Positions 26,793 to 35,020 of a stretch of 59,173 nucleotides of DNA are shown here, piece by piece. The stretch's first letter is position 1, and every line of letters starts with the position of its first letter. The notes beneath the pieces were generated by a model. It ran no database searches and was not told where the DNA came from. It was given only the letters and a program-made list of their open reading frames with translations. Location: NCBI GenBank assembly GCA_031273045.1, contig JAISSQ010000115.1, forward strand, positions 1-59,173, given 5' to 3'. The translations under genes were made by a program, and so were the position numbers. Source of the DNA: Puniceicoccales bacterium. GTDB lineage: Bacteria; Verrucomicrobiota; Verrucomicrobiia; Opitutales; UBA953.

Positions 26793-28076
26793 TTAGTGGG
26801 TGGTGAGGAGGGTGGGTGATGGGGAGGTGGTGGTGACGGGGGTGAGGTAGCGGGCGTAGTGGGCGCGGGCGACGGCGGGGGTGTTGCGGAGGGCGGCGGC
26901 GGCGGCTTCGATGCTGCCGGTGGCGGTAAGGACTTCGCTGCCGTAGAGTTTGCGGAGGTTGTAGGTGGTCTTGCTGCCGGTCTTGCCGAGATGGGTCTGA
27001 ACGAGGTGGCTGATGCGGCGATAGACGAGGTCGTGGGCGGGGGTGTGCGCGGCGCGGGAGGGATGCTGGGGGTAGAGGAGGTAGTGGGTCGGGGGGATGT
27101 CGGCGAGGATGGTGAGGAGGTGGTGGGCGAGGTCGGGGGAGACGGCGATGCGGGTCTCGCGTTCGCCGTGGCGTTTGAAGGCGAAGTCGTCGCGGTTGCG
27201 GAGGACGAGGTGGAGGATGGGCACGGGAGAGCCGCTTCGCTCCATAGTGGTCAGTGGTCGGTGGTCAGTGGTCAGTGAATTTTCCCACTCGTCCAACTCG
27301 AACCAGTTGGCGCGGAGGTGGAGGGCTTCGCGGTTGCGGAGGCCGAAGTGGCGGAAGAGGAGGTAGGCGATGTGGAGTTGGCGGTCGTCGGGGGTGCCGT
27401 GCCAGAGTGCCCAGCCGGCGGTGTCGAGGGCGCGGAGGGCGTCGGGTGAGGGGGCGGCGAAGGCGGGCGTGGAGGCGGGGAGTAGGGGGGCGCGGAGGAA
27501 GCCGGTGAGGGTGGCTTCGTCGAGGGTGGCGCCGTGTCGGTAGTAGTAGTCGAGGGCGGAGCGGGAGAAGAGGGAGCGGACGAAGCGGAGGGTGGAGTTG
27601 ATGGTGTTGGCGCGGGCGGCGCGGGCGGCGGGGGTTAGGTCGCGTGTGGCGGCGAGGCGGTAGCGTTCGGCGGTGGCGCGGTCGGGGGCGCAGGGGGCGG
27701 AGCGGTCGGTGCCGATGAGGGCGAGGTAGCGGTCGAGGGCGTGGAGGTTGGCTCGCCATGTGGTGGGGGCGATGTCGCCGGAGCGGGCGCGTTCGGCGGC
27801 GTAGGCGGCGTAGAGGTCGGCGATTTGGGCGTAGGTGGAGAGGGCGGCGGTGGTGCCGGTGTTTGTGCCGGCGTGAACGCCGGGGCTGGAACCGGCGCGG
27901 GCGGCGGTGGAGTGTCCGCCGCGCAGGGTGCCGGCGCGGGCGGCGAGGTGGAGTGCGCGGGCGGCGGCGAGGGCTTCGCGGCGGTCGGCGGTGCCGGTGG
28001 AGAGGGAGTGGTAGGTGCCGCAGACGCGGAAGCGGACGAACCAGTTTCGGGAGTTTGGCTTTTTGAGGAGTTGCAT
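26793..28076 (-). CDS. int: Tyrosine recombinase / phage integrase
   Basis: 427 aa. It has an N-terminal SAM-like region, FGLRNREALHLRANW (catalytic Arg box), and C-terminal YNLRKLYGSEV..LRNTPAVARAHYARY (His/Arg/Tyr region). It lies adjacent to attL. It carries an odd in-frame heptamer insert at 27246-27280. Confidence 0.88.
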   Translation of the reverse strand: MQLLKKPNSRNWFVRFRVCGTYHSLSTGTADRREALAAARALHLAARAGTLRGGHSTAARAGSSPGVHAGTNTGTTAALSTYAQIADLYAAYAAERARSGDIAPTTWRANLHALDRYLALIGTDRSAPCAPDRATAERYRLAATRDLTPAARAARANTINSTLRFVRSLFSRSALDYYYRHGATLDEATLTGFLRAPLLPASTPAFAAPSPDALRALDTAGWALWHGTPDDRQLHIAYLLFRHFGLRNREALHLRANWFELDEWENSLTTDHRPLTTMERSGSPVPILHLVLRNRDDFAFKRHGERETRIAVSPDLAHHLLTILADIPPTHYLLYPQHPSRAAHTPAHDLVYRRISHLVQTHLGKTGSKTTYNLRKLYGSEVLTATGSIEAAAAALRNTPAVARAHYARYLTPVTTTSPSPTLLTTH

Positions 28077-28171
28077 GTGTGGTCGGCGTGGAGGTTCGCA
28101 GGAATTCGCAACTGCGCAAGAAAATTGTGCGGTTGCGAAATTGGCGGGCGGGCGGATAGAGACGGCGGTCT

Positions 28172-30064
28172 ATGCCTATCGAACATATCCAGCCGTCGCA
28201 CCCGGTGATGGGGCTGACGCAGGAGCAGTATTTGAAGATCTACCGCGAGCGCGGTGGGCCGGAGACGGACGACTTGGTGCGGCGGCTGAATGCGGCGATA
28301 TTGTTGGAGCGGAGCGACCCGTATCGTGGGTGCTACGTGCCGTGGTATTGGCGCGAGGTGGAGGAGGCGCTGATGTCGGAGACGAGTGTGACTATCTTTG
28401 GGGGGAATCGGTCGGGGAAGAGCACGTTCGCGGCAAGGGCGGTGGTGCGGGTGTTAGTGGAGGGGCCGCCGTGGCAGGACGAGGAGACGCGGGCGCGACG
28501 GCCTCCGATGGTGGCGTGTTTCCATGCGAACGAGAAGTCGTCACGTCTGCAGCAACAGAAGTTGATTCACTACTTTCTGCCGAGGGAGTGGAAGGGGTTG
28601 AGTTCGGATAGGAAGACGGGTGCGAAAGTGAATTACACGCCCACGAATGGGTTCACTGACAATATCATCACGTTGCCGAATGGTGCGCAGTGTCTGTTCT
28701 TCTTCTACAACCAGAAGGAGGACGTGTTGGAGGGGTTTGAGTTCGACTTGGTGTGGATGGACGAATTGTTCACGGTGCCGTGGATGGAGGCGGCGGACTT
28801 CCGCGTGAGCACGCGGCGGGGGCGTGTGCTGAAGACCTACACGCCTATCACGGGCTACTCGGCGGCGGTGAATGCGGACATCGCGGGCGGAGTGGTGGTG
28901 CGGAGCGCGCCGTTGGATGAGCGGGTTTGGGCGGACAGGCGGGACGCGCAGGGGCGGCCACCGGTGCTGGCACCGGATGCGGTGTATTTGCCGGAGGAGG
29001 GCTGCGCTGGCGCGGGAGATGGTGAAGGCGCAATAGTATTGCGCGATTGCGGAGAGCGTGGCGGAGGGGTGCCGCGTGGGGAGGTGCCGGTGAAGATGCG
29101 GTGCCGGAAGGCGCGGAGCGTGGCGTTCTGGTATTTGACGCAATGGAATGCTTACAATCCTTTCGGCGAGATTTTGGACAAGGTGTCGGACAAGCCGTTG
29201 GAGCAGCGGCTGATTCGGACGGCGGGCTGGGCGACAAGGACGGAGGGCGGGGTGTTCGGGAAGTATGGTCCGGCGCACATCGTGAGTGTGCAGCGGTGGC
29301 GCGAGGTGGTGAGCAAGGGTGGCGGATTGCGCTATTGTGTCACCGACCCGGGAAACGCGAAGAACTGGGTCATCAAGTGGTATCTGCTGACGCCGCAGAA
29401 TCACATTGTGCTCTACCGTGAGTGGCCGGATGTCGAGACGTATGGGGAGTGGGCGGTGCCGGCGGATGGCGCGTCGGGCGGGGCGGCGTTCCGCGCCGGA
29501 CCGGCGCAGAAGACGGGGCGCGGGCGAGGTATTCTCGACTACAAGCGGATTGTGATGGAGGCGGAGGGTTGGCGGTGGGACGAGGCGCGGGGAGAGTGGG
29601 ACGGTAGTGCGGCGGAGAAGATTGAGTTGCGGCTGATTGACCCTCGGTTCGGCGCGATGGAGGTGCCGAGCGATCGGCAGGAGAGCACGTCCATCATCGA
29701 ACTGATGTCGGACGAGCAGCGCGATGGGAAGGGGCGCGTCGTGGGTCCGAGGATGGAGTGGGAGCCGGCGCCGGCGGGGGCGGCGCGGGATGGGACGACG
29801 CCAGTGGGCGTGGGGGTGCAAATGCTGTGCGAGAAGATGTCGTGGGACGACTCGCAGCCGATGTCGGTGCTGAATTGTCCGAAGTGGTATGTGGTGGAAT
29901 CGTGCCGGCAGAGCGACTTGGCTTATCGCGAATACACGGGGAGCGCGGGTGCGCTCGACCCGCTGAAGGACTTGGTGGACCCGGACAGGTATCTGCTGTT
30001 CTTCAATCCGGAGTGGTATGAGGCGCAGGCGATGGAGGTGCGGGGCGGCGGAGCGGTACACTGA
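28172..30064 (+). CDS. terL: Terminase large subunit
   Basis: Walker A FGGNRSGKSTFAA and Walker B DLVWMDE are present, plus a C-terminal nuclease-like region (YCVTDPGNAKNWVIKWYLL..). 630 aa. Confidence 0.85.
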   Translation: MPIEHIQPSHPVMGLTQEQYLKIYRERGGPETDDLVRRLNAAILLERSDPYRGCYVPWYWREVEEALMSETSVTIFGGNRSGKSTFAARAVVRVLVEGPPWQDEETRARRPPMVACFHANEKSSRLQQQKLIHYFLPREWKGLSSDRKTGAKVNYTPTNGFTDNIITLPNGAQCLFFFYNQKEDVLEGFEFDLVWMDELFTVPWMEAADFRVSTRRGRVLKTYTPITGYSAAVNADIAGGVVVRSAPLDERVWADRRDAQGRPPVLAPDAVYLPEEGCAGAGDGEGAIVLRDCGERGGGVPRGEVPVKMRCRKARSVAFWYLTQWNAYNPFGEILDKVSDKPLEQRLIRTAGWATRTEGGVFGKYGPAHIVSVQRWREVVSKGGGLRYCVTDPGNAKNWVIKWYLLTPQNHIVLYREWPDVETYGEWAVPADGASGGAAFRAGPAQKTGRGRGILDYKRIVMEAEGWRWDEARGEWDGSAAEKIELRLIDPRFGAMEVPSDRQESTSIIELMSDEQRDGKGRVVGPRMEWEPAPAGAARDGTTPVGVGVQMLCEKMSWDDSQPMSVLNCPKWYVVESCRQSDLAYREYTGSAGALDPLKDLVDPDRYLLFFNPEWYEAQAMEVRGGGAVH

Positions 30065-30106
30065 CAGAAAGGATGAAGGATAAGGGATAAGGGATAAGGG
30101 TAGCAA

Positions 30107-30142
30107 TTCGCGACCGACGCACTCGCGCAATACTATTGCGTT
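30107..30142 (+). promoter_or_regulatory. Conserved phage promoter module TTCGCG-N18-TACTAT-N6-ATG (copy 1)
   Basis: TTCGCG at 30107-30112, TACTAT at 30131-30136, ATG at 30143. It overlaps the perfect palindrome CGCAATACTATTGCG at 30126-30140. Confidence 0.55.
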
Positions 30143-30757
30143 ATGAGCAAGAGAGTAGGCGGCTGGGCGGAGCGGTGGCGGACGTCACCGGTGACGGTGC
30201 TGCCGATAGTGTTTTCGCGGGAGCCGGTGGGGGCGTCTCTGCCGGCTTTCCTGAAACCGGTGTTGGCGCAGAAAAACGGGCAGCAGGCGTGGAGCGTGAC
30301 GGAGGGGCACGTCAACAACTGCTTTCCGAAGGTCGGCGGGGTGCGAATGGGTGAGCCGACAGGGAAGGTCAGCGATTGGGCTGTGCCTATCAGCGACGCT
30401 GGGCTGATTTATTTGCGGGCGGAATGGGGGAATGGCGGTCCGTTTCCGGGCGGGTTCGAGTATGACGTGATATACGCGCAGCCGGGGACGATTGAGGACA
30501 CGGAGACGCAGGGGCATATGTTGATTGGGCGGATTGCGCCGGTGCAGACGGGAGCGGGACAACAGCAGCGGTGGAAGGTGATTCCGTATAATGCGGCGAA
30601 CTGGCAGGTGATGGTGACGGGGCAGACGTGGGTGTGGGTGCCGAGGTCGCTGCCTATCTGGACGATGGCTGTGCAGACGGACGAGGCGGAGGCGGAGGCA
30701 GGGGCGATGCCGGGAGAATCGGATGCGGGGTTCCCGCCGCTGATGTCGGCGCAATAA
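30143..30757 (+). CDS. Hypothetical phage protein
   Basis: 204-aa ORF starting exactly at the conserved module. Composition is non-repetitive. Confidence 0.65.
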   Translation: MSKRVGGWAERWRTSPVTVLPIVFSREPVGASLPAFLKPVLAQKNGQQAWSVTEGHVNNCFPKVGGVRMGEPTGKVSDWAVPISDAGLIYLRAEWGNGGPFPGGFEYDVIYAQPGTIEDTETQGHMLIGRIAPVQTGAGQQQRWKVIPYNAANWQVMVTGQTWVWVPRSLPIWTMAVQTDEAEAEAGAMPGESDAGFPPLMSAQ

Positions 30758-30758
30758 T

Positions 30759-31364
30759 ATGGCGCGTTTGCGAAATCCGATGGCTCACAAAAACTACATT
30801 CACAAGGAGGACTTGCTGGCGCCGAACCAGCAACTGCGGTCGTTTTACGATGGCGGCTATGGTCGGCGGTTCACGATTGAGCGCGCGGACGTGCGGCCGC
30901 GCGACACGCCGGAGAAGGTGGGGCTGTATTTCGCGTGGCTGTTTTTTGAGCCGGCGTTGGTGTCGCGGGCGGTCAGCGACGGTCTGACGGTGACGGAGAA
31001 ATGGACGAATTTGACGACGGGGATGCACTACCGGATTTATGCGGAATACACGCCGCCGGTCGGGAACGACGGGAGCGGCGGAACGGCGGCAAGGGTGCTG
31101 TCGGTGGTCGAGGAGGATTGGGAGGCGACTGCGCCGGAGATGCCGTGGGACGGGCGTCCGGTCGGGAGCACGGGAGAGGGCGGCGGTTTTTACGCCTACT
31201 ATATTGAGCCAAGGAGCGCGGCGATGGCGTCGCCGGCGTATCCGATGGAGTATTGGTATTCGCTGTTTCCGTTGGTGAAGCAGGACGAGGCGGGGTTCCC
31301 GTATTGGTGGCTCCCCTACAATCCGGCGAATTACCAAGGCGAGTTGTTCAATCCGCCGTCGTAG
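30759..31364 (+). CDS. Hypothetical phage protein
   Basis: 201-aa ORF starting 1 nt after the preceding stop. It is rich in aromatic residues (YWYSLFPLV..FPYWWLPYNPANYQGELF) and looks structural. Confidence 0.65.
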   Translation: MARLRNPMAHKNYIHKEDLLAPNQQLRSFYDGGYGRRFTIERADVRPRDTPEKVGLYFAWLFFEPALVSRAVSDGLTVTEKWTNLTTGMHYRIYAEYTPPVGNDGSGGTAARVLSVVEEDWEATAPEMPWDGRPVGSTGEGGGFYAYYIEPRSAAMASPAYPMEYWYSLFPLVKQDEAGFPYWWLPYNPANYQGELFNPPS

Positions 31365-31968
31365 GAGCGGCGGCGGTGCTCGGCGGCGGCGGGAGTGCGC
31401 CGGAGAGGAATTTCGCAAGTGCGCAAATTAGTTGCTCGGTTGCGGAAGAGGCGCGGCCGGCGGCGGCGAGGGTTGTGAGGGCGGTGTCGAGCGCACGGGC
31501 GGGCGGCGCTTTGTGGACGGGAGCAGAGACGAGGCGGCGGCGGATTTCGGCGCGGTAGGCGGGCGGGACGGTGTCGAGAATGTAGTCGGCAAGGAGGAGG
31601 TCGGCGATGGGTGGCTCGACGTGAGAGAGGAGCGCGTGGAGGGTTTCGGGGGTCGGGCGCGTGATGGCGGCGAGGTAGCGGGAGACGGCTGATTCGCTGA
31701 TGCGGCGGCGGGTGTGGCGGGAGAACTCGGCGGCACCGCCAAAGTCGGTGATGTAGCGGGCGAAGGAAGCGGAGAAGAGGGTTTGGTTTCGGCGCGAGGT
31801 GACGCCAGCGCGGGCGGCGGCGGAATCGGCGCGGGGTTTGCGCTGGCGGCGGGAGACGACGCCGGTTGTGGGGGTGTGTCCGGTAAGCGCGGGCGTGAGG
31901 GCGATGCCGTCGGAGTTGATGTGACCGGCTTTCTTGTGCGGGCGTTTTTTGGCGGTTGCGGTGCTCAT
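31348..31968 (-). CDS. HTH (XRE-like) DNA-binding protein, candidate prophage repressor
   Basis: The internal start MSTATAKKRPHKK.. at 31968 overlaps the upstream stop (ATGA). A candidate HTH is AAEFSRHTRRRISESAVSRYLAAITRPTPETLHALL. The upstream part of track ORF 31348..32706 is P/R-rich out-of-frame junk. Confidence 0.6.
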   Translation of the reverse strand: MSTATAKKRPHKKAGHINSDGIALTPALTGHTPTTGVVSRRQRKPRADSAAARAGVTSRRNQTLFSASFARYITDFGGAAEFSRHTRRRISESAVSRYLAAITRPTPETLHALLSHVEPPIADLLLADYILDTVPPAYRAEIRRRLVSAPVHKAPPARALDTALTTLAAAGRASSATEQLICALAKFLSGALPPPPSTAAAPTTAD

Positions 31969-32372
31969 GGGCGGGCTGTTTGGGCGGTGGTTGGCGCAGT
32001 GACGGGCTGCGATTGCGGTTCGGGTGCGGGGGTTTCGCGCCGAACGGGGAGGGAAACCACGACCCAAGCGTCGTCGCGGAGGACTTGAAGTTGGTTTGTC
32101 CAGCGGTCTTCGCGCAAGACATTTGTGGGGGTGACGCGATAGACGTAGCGGTTGAAAACGAGGCGGTCGAAGAGGAGGTAGGCGGCGGCGATGGCGGCGA
32201 GAACGCCGATGGCAACGAGGACGGCGGGCGGAAACGGGAGGCGTCGTGGCGCGGGTTGGCGGGCGGTGTCGCGCTGGGGTGAGTGGTTGAAGGGGCGCGC
32301 GTCGCGGAGGATTTCGGTCGCGCCGGGGAGTTTGAGCGAAGGCGGAGCGGGAGGCGGAGCGGGAGGCGGCAT
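31965..32372 (-). CDS. Single-pass membrane protein in the lysogeny operon (possible superinfection-exclusion function)
   Basis: 135 aa with one clear TM helix (LPFPPAVLVAIGVLAAIAAAYLLF). It is translationally coupled to the downstream HTH gene. Confidence 0.6.
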   Translation of the reverse strand: MPPPAPPPAPPSLKLPGATEILRDARPFNHSPQRDTARQPAPRRLPFPPAVLVAIGVLAAIAAAYLLFDRLVFNRYVYRVTPTNVLREDRWTNQLQVLRDDAWVVVSLPVRRETPAPEPQSQPVTAPTTAQTARP

Positions 32373-32446
32373 GCGGGGAATTAGGTCGCGCTGGGCGGGC
32401 GCGGGCGAGACATTTTCGGTTAGGACGGAGACGGGAGCGGGCGGGG

Positions 32447-32746
32447 TCAGCGGGCGCGGGATTTGGGCGCACGGCGGGCGGTGGCGGCTGACTTGGCGGG
32501 AGCGGTGGAGAGGCGGACAGTGCGGGCGGATTTCGGCGTGGAAGGCGGGGACGCTGGGGCGGTGTTGCTCGCGGAGGCGGAGGCGGATGTGGCGGAGGCA
32601 TCGAACACGCTGCCGATGCCGATGTCGCGGCGAACGAGTTGGTTGAGGTAGGCGGAGAAACTGATTCCGCAGGAGGCGGCGCGGCGTTTGCCACGAACAA
32701 GAACATCGGGGTTGGGGAATGAAATCCCGTAAACGGTTTTTTTCAT
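32447..32746 (-). CDS. Ribbon-helix-helix (CopG/Arc-like) regulator
   Basis: The internal start MKKTVYGISFPNPDVLVRGKRRAASCGISFSAYLNQLVRRDI gives a beta-strand, helix A, G-x-S turn and helix B pattern. It is the first gene of the leftward operon. Confidence 0.65.
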   Translation of the reverse strand: MKKTVYGISFPNPDVLVRGKRRAASCGISFSAYLNQLVRRDIGIGSVFDASATSASASASNTAPASPPSTPKSARTVRLSTAPAKSAATARRAPKSRAR

Positions 32747-32861
32747 AGCGGACGGAAAGTGTGCGGGGCTGGCGGCGTTTTTCAAGTGTTGAAAAAGGTT
32801 GAAAACTTTTAGCGCATTCGCGCTTGACGGTTCGCGAAGAGTTAGCGAACTTTTAGCGCGT
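32747..32861. promoter_or_regulatory. Divergent switch region between leftward and rightward RHH genes
   Basis: A 115-bp, relatively AT-rich spacer with repeated boxes. CTTTTAGCGC occurs twice (near 32806 and 32850). GGTTCGCGAAGAG and GAGTTAGCGAAC are the same TTCGC(G/T)AA core used elsewhere in the phage. GTTGAAAA also occurs twice. Confidence 0.6.
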
Positions 32862-33053
32862 ATGATAAACCACGAAGAAATTATTCCGCGCCGGCGATGC
32901 ATCGGCGTGGCATGGGAGCCGCAGGTGCTCGAAGCGGGGCGCCGGAAGGCGGCGAGCGAACGGAGGTCGTTCTCGAACTACGTCAACCGGCTCGTTGATT
33001 TGGACACGACGACCACGAAGAGCGTGGAAGGAGGGAAGAAGGATGAAAACTGA
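32862..33053 (+). CDS. Ribbon-helix-helix regulator (Cro-like position)
   Basis: MINHEEIIPRRRCIGVAWEPQVLEAGRRKAASERRSFSNYVNRLVDLD is paralogous to the leftward RHH protein (shared G(K/R)R(R/K)AAS..SFS.Y(L/V)N.LV). ATG at 32862. Confidence 0.6.
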   Translation: MINHEEIIPRRRCIGVAWEPQVLEAGRRKAASERRSFSNYVNRLVDLDTTTTKSVEGGKKDEN

Positions 33054-33495
33054 TAAGAATGAGGCGGTGGCGTCGGAGGTGATATGCGTCAGAGCGCGCG
33101 AGGAGGAGGTCGGTCTGCTACTCGCGGCGAAGCGACGCGACGAAGCGTTGGGCGACTTCGTGCTGCGGTCGGCGTTGCGGTCGGCGCGTGACGCGAACGC
33201 AGCGACGGCGACGGCGACGTGGCTCGACGAAATTGGCGCGACACTGCCGGCGTTGTTGACGTTGGCGCAGGCGGCGGAGGTGCTGGGGTTGGGCGGCAAG
33301 GGCGGAAGTGGCAAGGGTGATATGCGTGGCGAGAGGCGCGGGAGGACAAGTGCGCCGCAAACAGCGGCAAAGTGGCTGCGCGAGTGGCTGATTCAGTTGC
33401 CGGACAAGTCGTTGCGGGTGCCGAGAAAGGATTTTCTGGCGTTCCTCGCGAGCCGTCGTTTTGGCACGAAGAACAATTCCGCAAAAACGCAATAA
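33043..33495 (+). CDS. RHH + excisionase-type HTH protein (candidate Xis/early regulator)
   Basis: MKTDKNEAVASEVICVRAREEEVGLLLAAKRRDEALGDFVLRSALRSA is a third RHH. It is followed by LLTLAQAAEVLGLGG...LRVPRKDFLAFLASRRFG, which resembles the excisionase/MerR-type HTH. The ATG follows GGAGGGAAGAAGG. Confidence 0.55.
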   Translation: MKTDKNEAVASEVICVRAREEEVGLLLAAKRRDEALGDFVLRSALRSARDANAATATATWLDEIGATLPALLTLAQAAEVLGLGGKGGSGKGDMRGERRGRTSAPQTAAKWLREWLIQLPDKSLRVPRKDFLAFLASRRFGTKNNSAKTQ

Positions 33496-33523
33496 CATTG
33501 CACGAATGAGAAGTTTTTATTTT

Positions 33524-34165
33524 ATGGACAACAAAACAGAGAGAGACGGGTTGCTTCCGTTGGAACTGCCAACAACGGAAGAAGTGGAGCGGAAATTGCA
33601 TTCGCACGAATACTCGCTCGCGCTCATCGAGCAGAGACGCCCGGATGTCATTGAGGGAGTGGCGCGGGCGTATGCCGGCGGCGCAAGCATGCGAAGCATA
33701 GCGCGAGCGTTCGGCGTCTCAATGAACACGATTTCCCAAATACTGGACAAGCGGACGGACGCCGTAGATGCACATAAAGACGACGTTCTCAAACACTTGC
33801 GGCGAGGAATTAGGGTGGCGGCGGAGACGCTCGCCGAAGACATCGAGAACGGCGACCTGCGCGGGAAGGACTTGGCGATCGCGATGGGCATCATGGTTGA
33901 CCAGATGGGCAAACTGTCCGGGACGAATGCGGAAATCAATCGGACGAAAGCAGAGACAGTGAACGACCTCGAAACAGTGCTACGGGCACTTCCGTCCGGT
34001 TCGTCAGTGCAAATCAATGTCGGGCAACCGGTTGTGAAGGGGGAAAAAAGCCGCCCAAAGGGCGGCGGCGGAGGCGCAGCGGCGAGTGAGACGGTCATTG
34101 ACATCACGCCGAAAAATGGGGCGGCAAGTGACAATAGGGCAATTGCGAATGCTGGCGCAACCTGA
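33524..34165 (+). CDS. HTH-domain protein (regulator or small terminase-like)
   Basis: An N-terminal HTH (GGASMRSIARAFGVSMNTISQILDKR) is followed by a helical region and a G-rich tail. The start is ambiguous (33461, 33506 or 33524). Confidence 0.5.
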   Translation: MDNKTERDGLLPLELPTTEEVERKLHSHEYSLALIEQRRPDVIEGVARAYAGGASMRSIARAFGVSMNTISQILDKRTDAVDAHKDDVLKHLRRGIRVAAETLAEDIENGDLRGKDLAIAMGIMVDQMGKLSGTNAEINRTKAETVNDLETVLRALPSGSSVQINVGQPVVKGEKSRPKGGGGGAAASETVIDITPKNGAASDNRAIANAGAT

Positions 34166-34321
34166 TGAAAGCCAATGAGTTACGCATAGAAAATTTTGAG
34201 GTGGGTGCGTTTTGGGATGAAAATCGGAGCGAAAGAAGGGGGGGGCGGGGGTGCCGCGAACGCCGCCGAGTGAATGGAGTGGATAGGTTGATACGGGGAA
34301 ATTTTGTGACAAAGGAACAAC

Positions 34322-35017
34322 ATGAAAACACTGAAAAAACCATATGACCGCCGCACTTGGCGGCAAGTGAACCGCGCCGCAGACATCGGTGACGCTGTCG
34401 CGCAACTAAACGCCGCGAACACGCGCATCGCCTACGCGCTGCATTGCGTGGCGTGGGCGATGACGACGCAGGAATCTCTCGACGCCAAGCGCGAACTCGC
34501 CGCCGCCCGCGCCGCCTACGCCGCCGCCCGCGACCCGCTCCTGACCATTCCCTCGCACTGTCTCCTCTTCGGCGGTGCCTTCGCCGGCGCCATCGACGCC
34601 CGACAAAAAAACACCACCATCCGGCGCGCCAAACGCGCGCACAAAAGATGGTCACCCGGCGACATCCTCGAATTGCGCACGTGGAGCGCTCGCCCCTACC
34701 GCTCTCGGCAAACCATCATCGCCTACGCAATCCTCGACGACGTGTGCGAGGTTCGTCCGAAGCGAGACGCCATCTGGACACGTCCTCACCTCGGCGACCG
34801 CGTCCTGCTCGATTACCCGCACGGCGACGACTACTTCGCCGACGACGACATCTCCGCCTTCGCCGCCCGCGAAGGATTCGCCTCGCACACAGACCTGCTC
34901 GCCTACCTGCGCGATGCCTACGGCTACACGCCCGAAGTGCCGGAGCCGCTGCTCATGCTCATTTCGTGGAACATCCCTCAACTCCCTCAACTCCCTCAAC
35001 AACCCAAAACCACATAA
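34322..35017 (+). CDS. ASCH/PUA-like domain protein
   Basis: The C-terminal half (QKNTTIRRAKRAHKRWSPGDILELRTWSARPYRSRQTIIAYAILDDVCEV...FAAREGFASHTDLLAYLRDAYG) resembles the ASCH domains common in phage early regions. Confidence 0.5.
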   Translation: MKTLKKPYDRRTWRQVNRAADIGDAVAQLNAANTRIAYALHCVAWAMTTQESLDAKRELAAARAAYAAARDPLLTIPSHCLLFGGAFAGAIDARQKNTTIRRAKRAHKRWSPGDILELRTWSARPYRSRQTIIAYAILDDVCEVRPKRDAIWTRPHLGDRVLLDYPHGDDYFADDDISAFAAREGFASHTDLLAYLRDAYGYTPEVPEPLLMLISWNIPQLPQLPQQPKTT

Positions 35018-35020
35018 AAA

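Noticed and set aside
28541-30130. 529-aa minus ORF antisense to terL; similarly 38709..40547, 42718..44304, 46003..46959, 50970..52034, 53066..53863 and 56211..57053
   Set aside because: Their composition is R/H/P-rich or G/V/A/E-rich, and they overlap well-supported + strand phage genes. They are antisense artefacts.
31348-32706. Full 452-aa track ORF on the minus strand
   Set aside because: Only the last 206 codons (from the ATG at 31968) look like protein. The upstream part is P/R/A-rich and overlaps the better-supported TM-protein ORF 31965..32372 in another frame.
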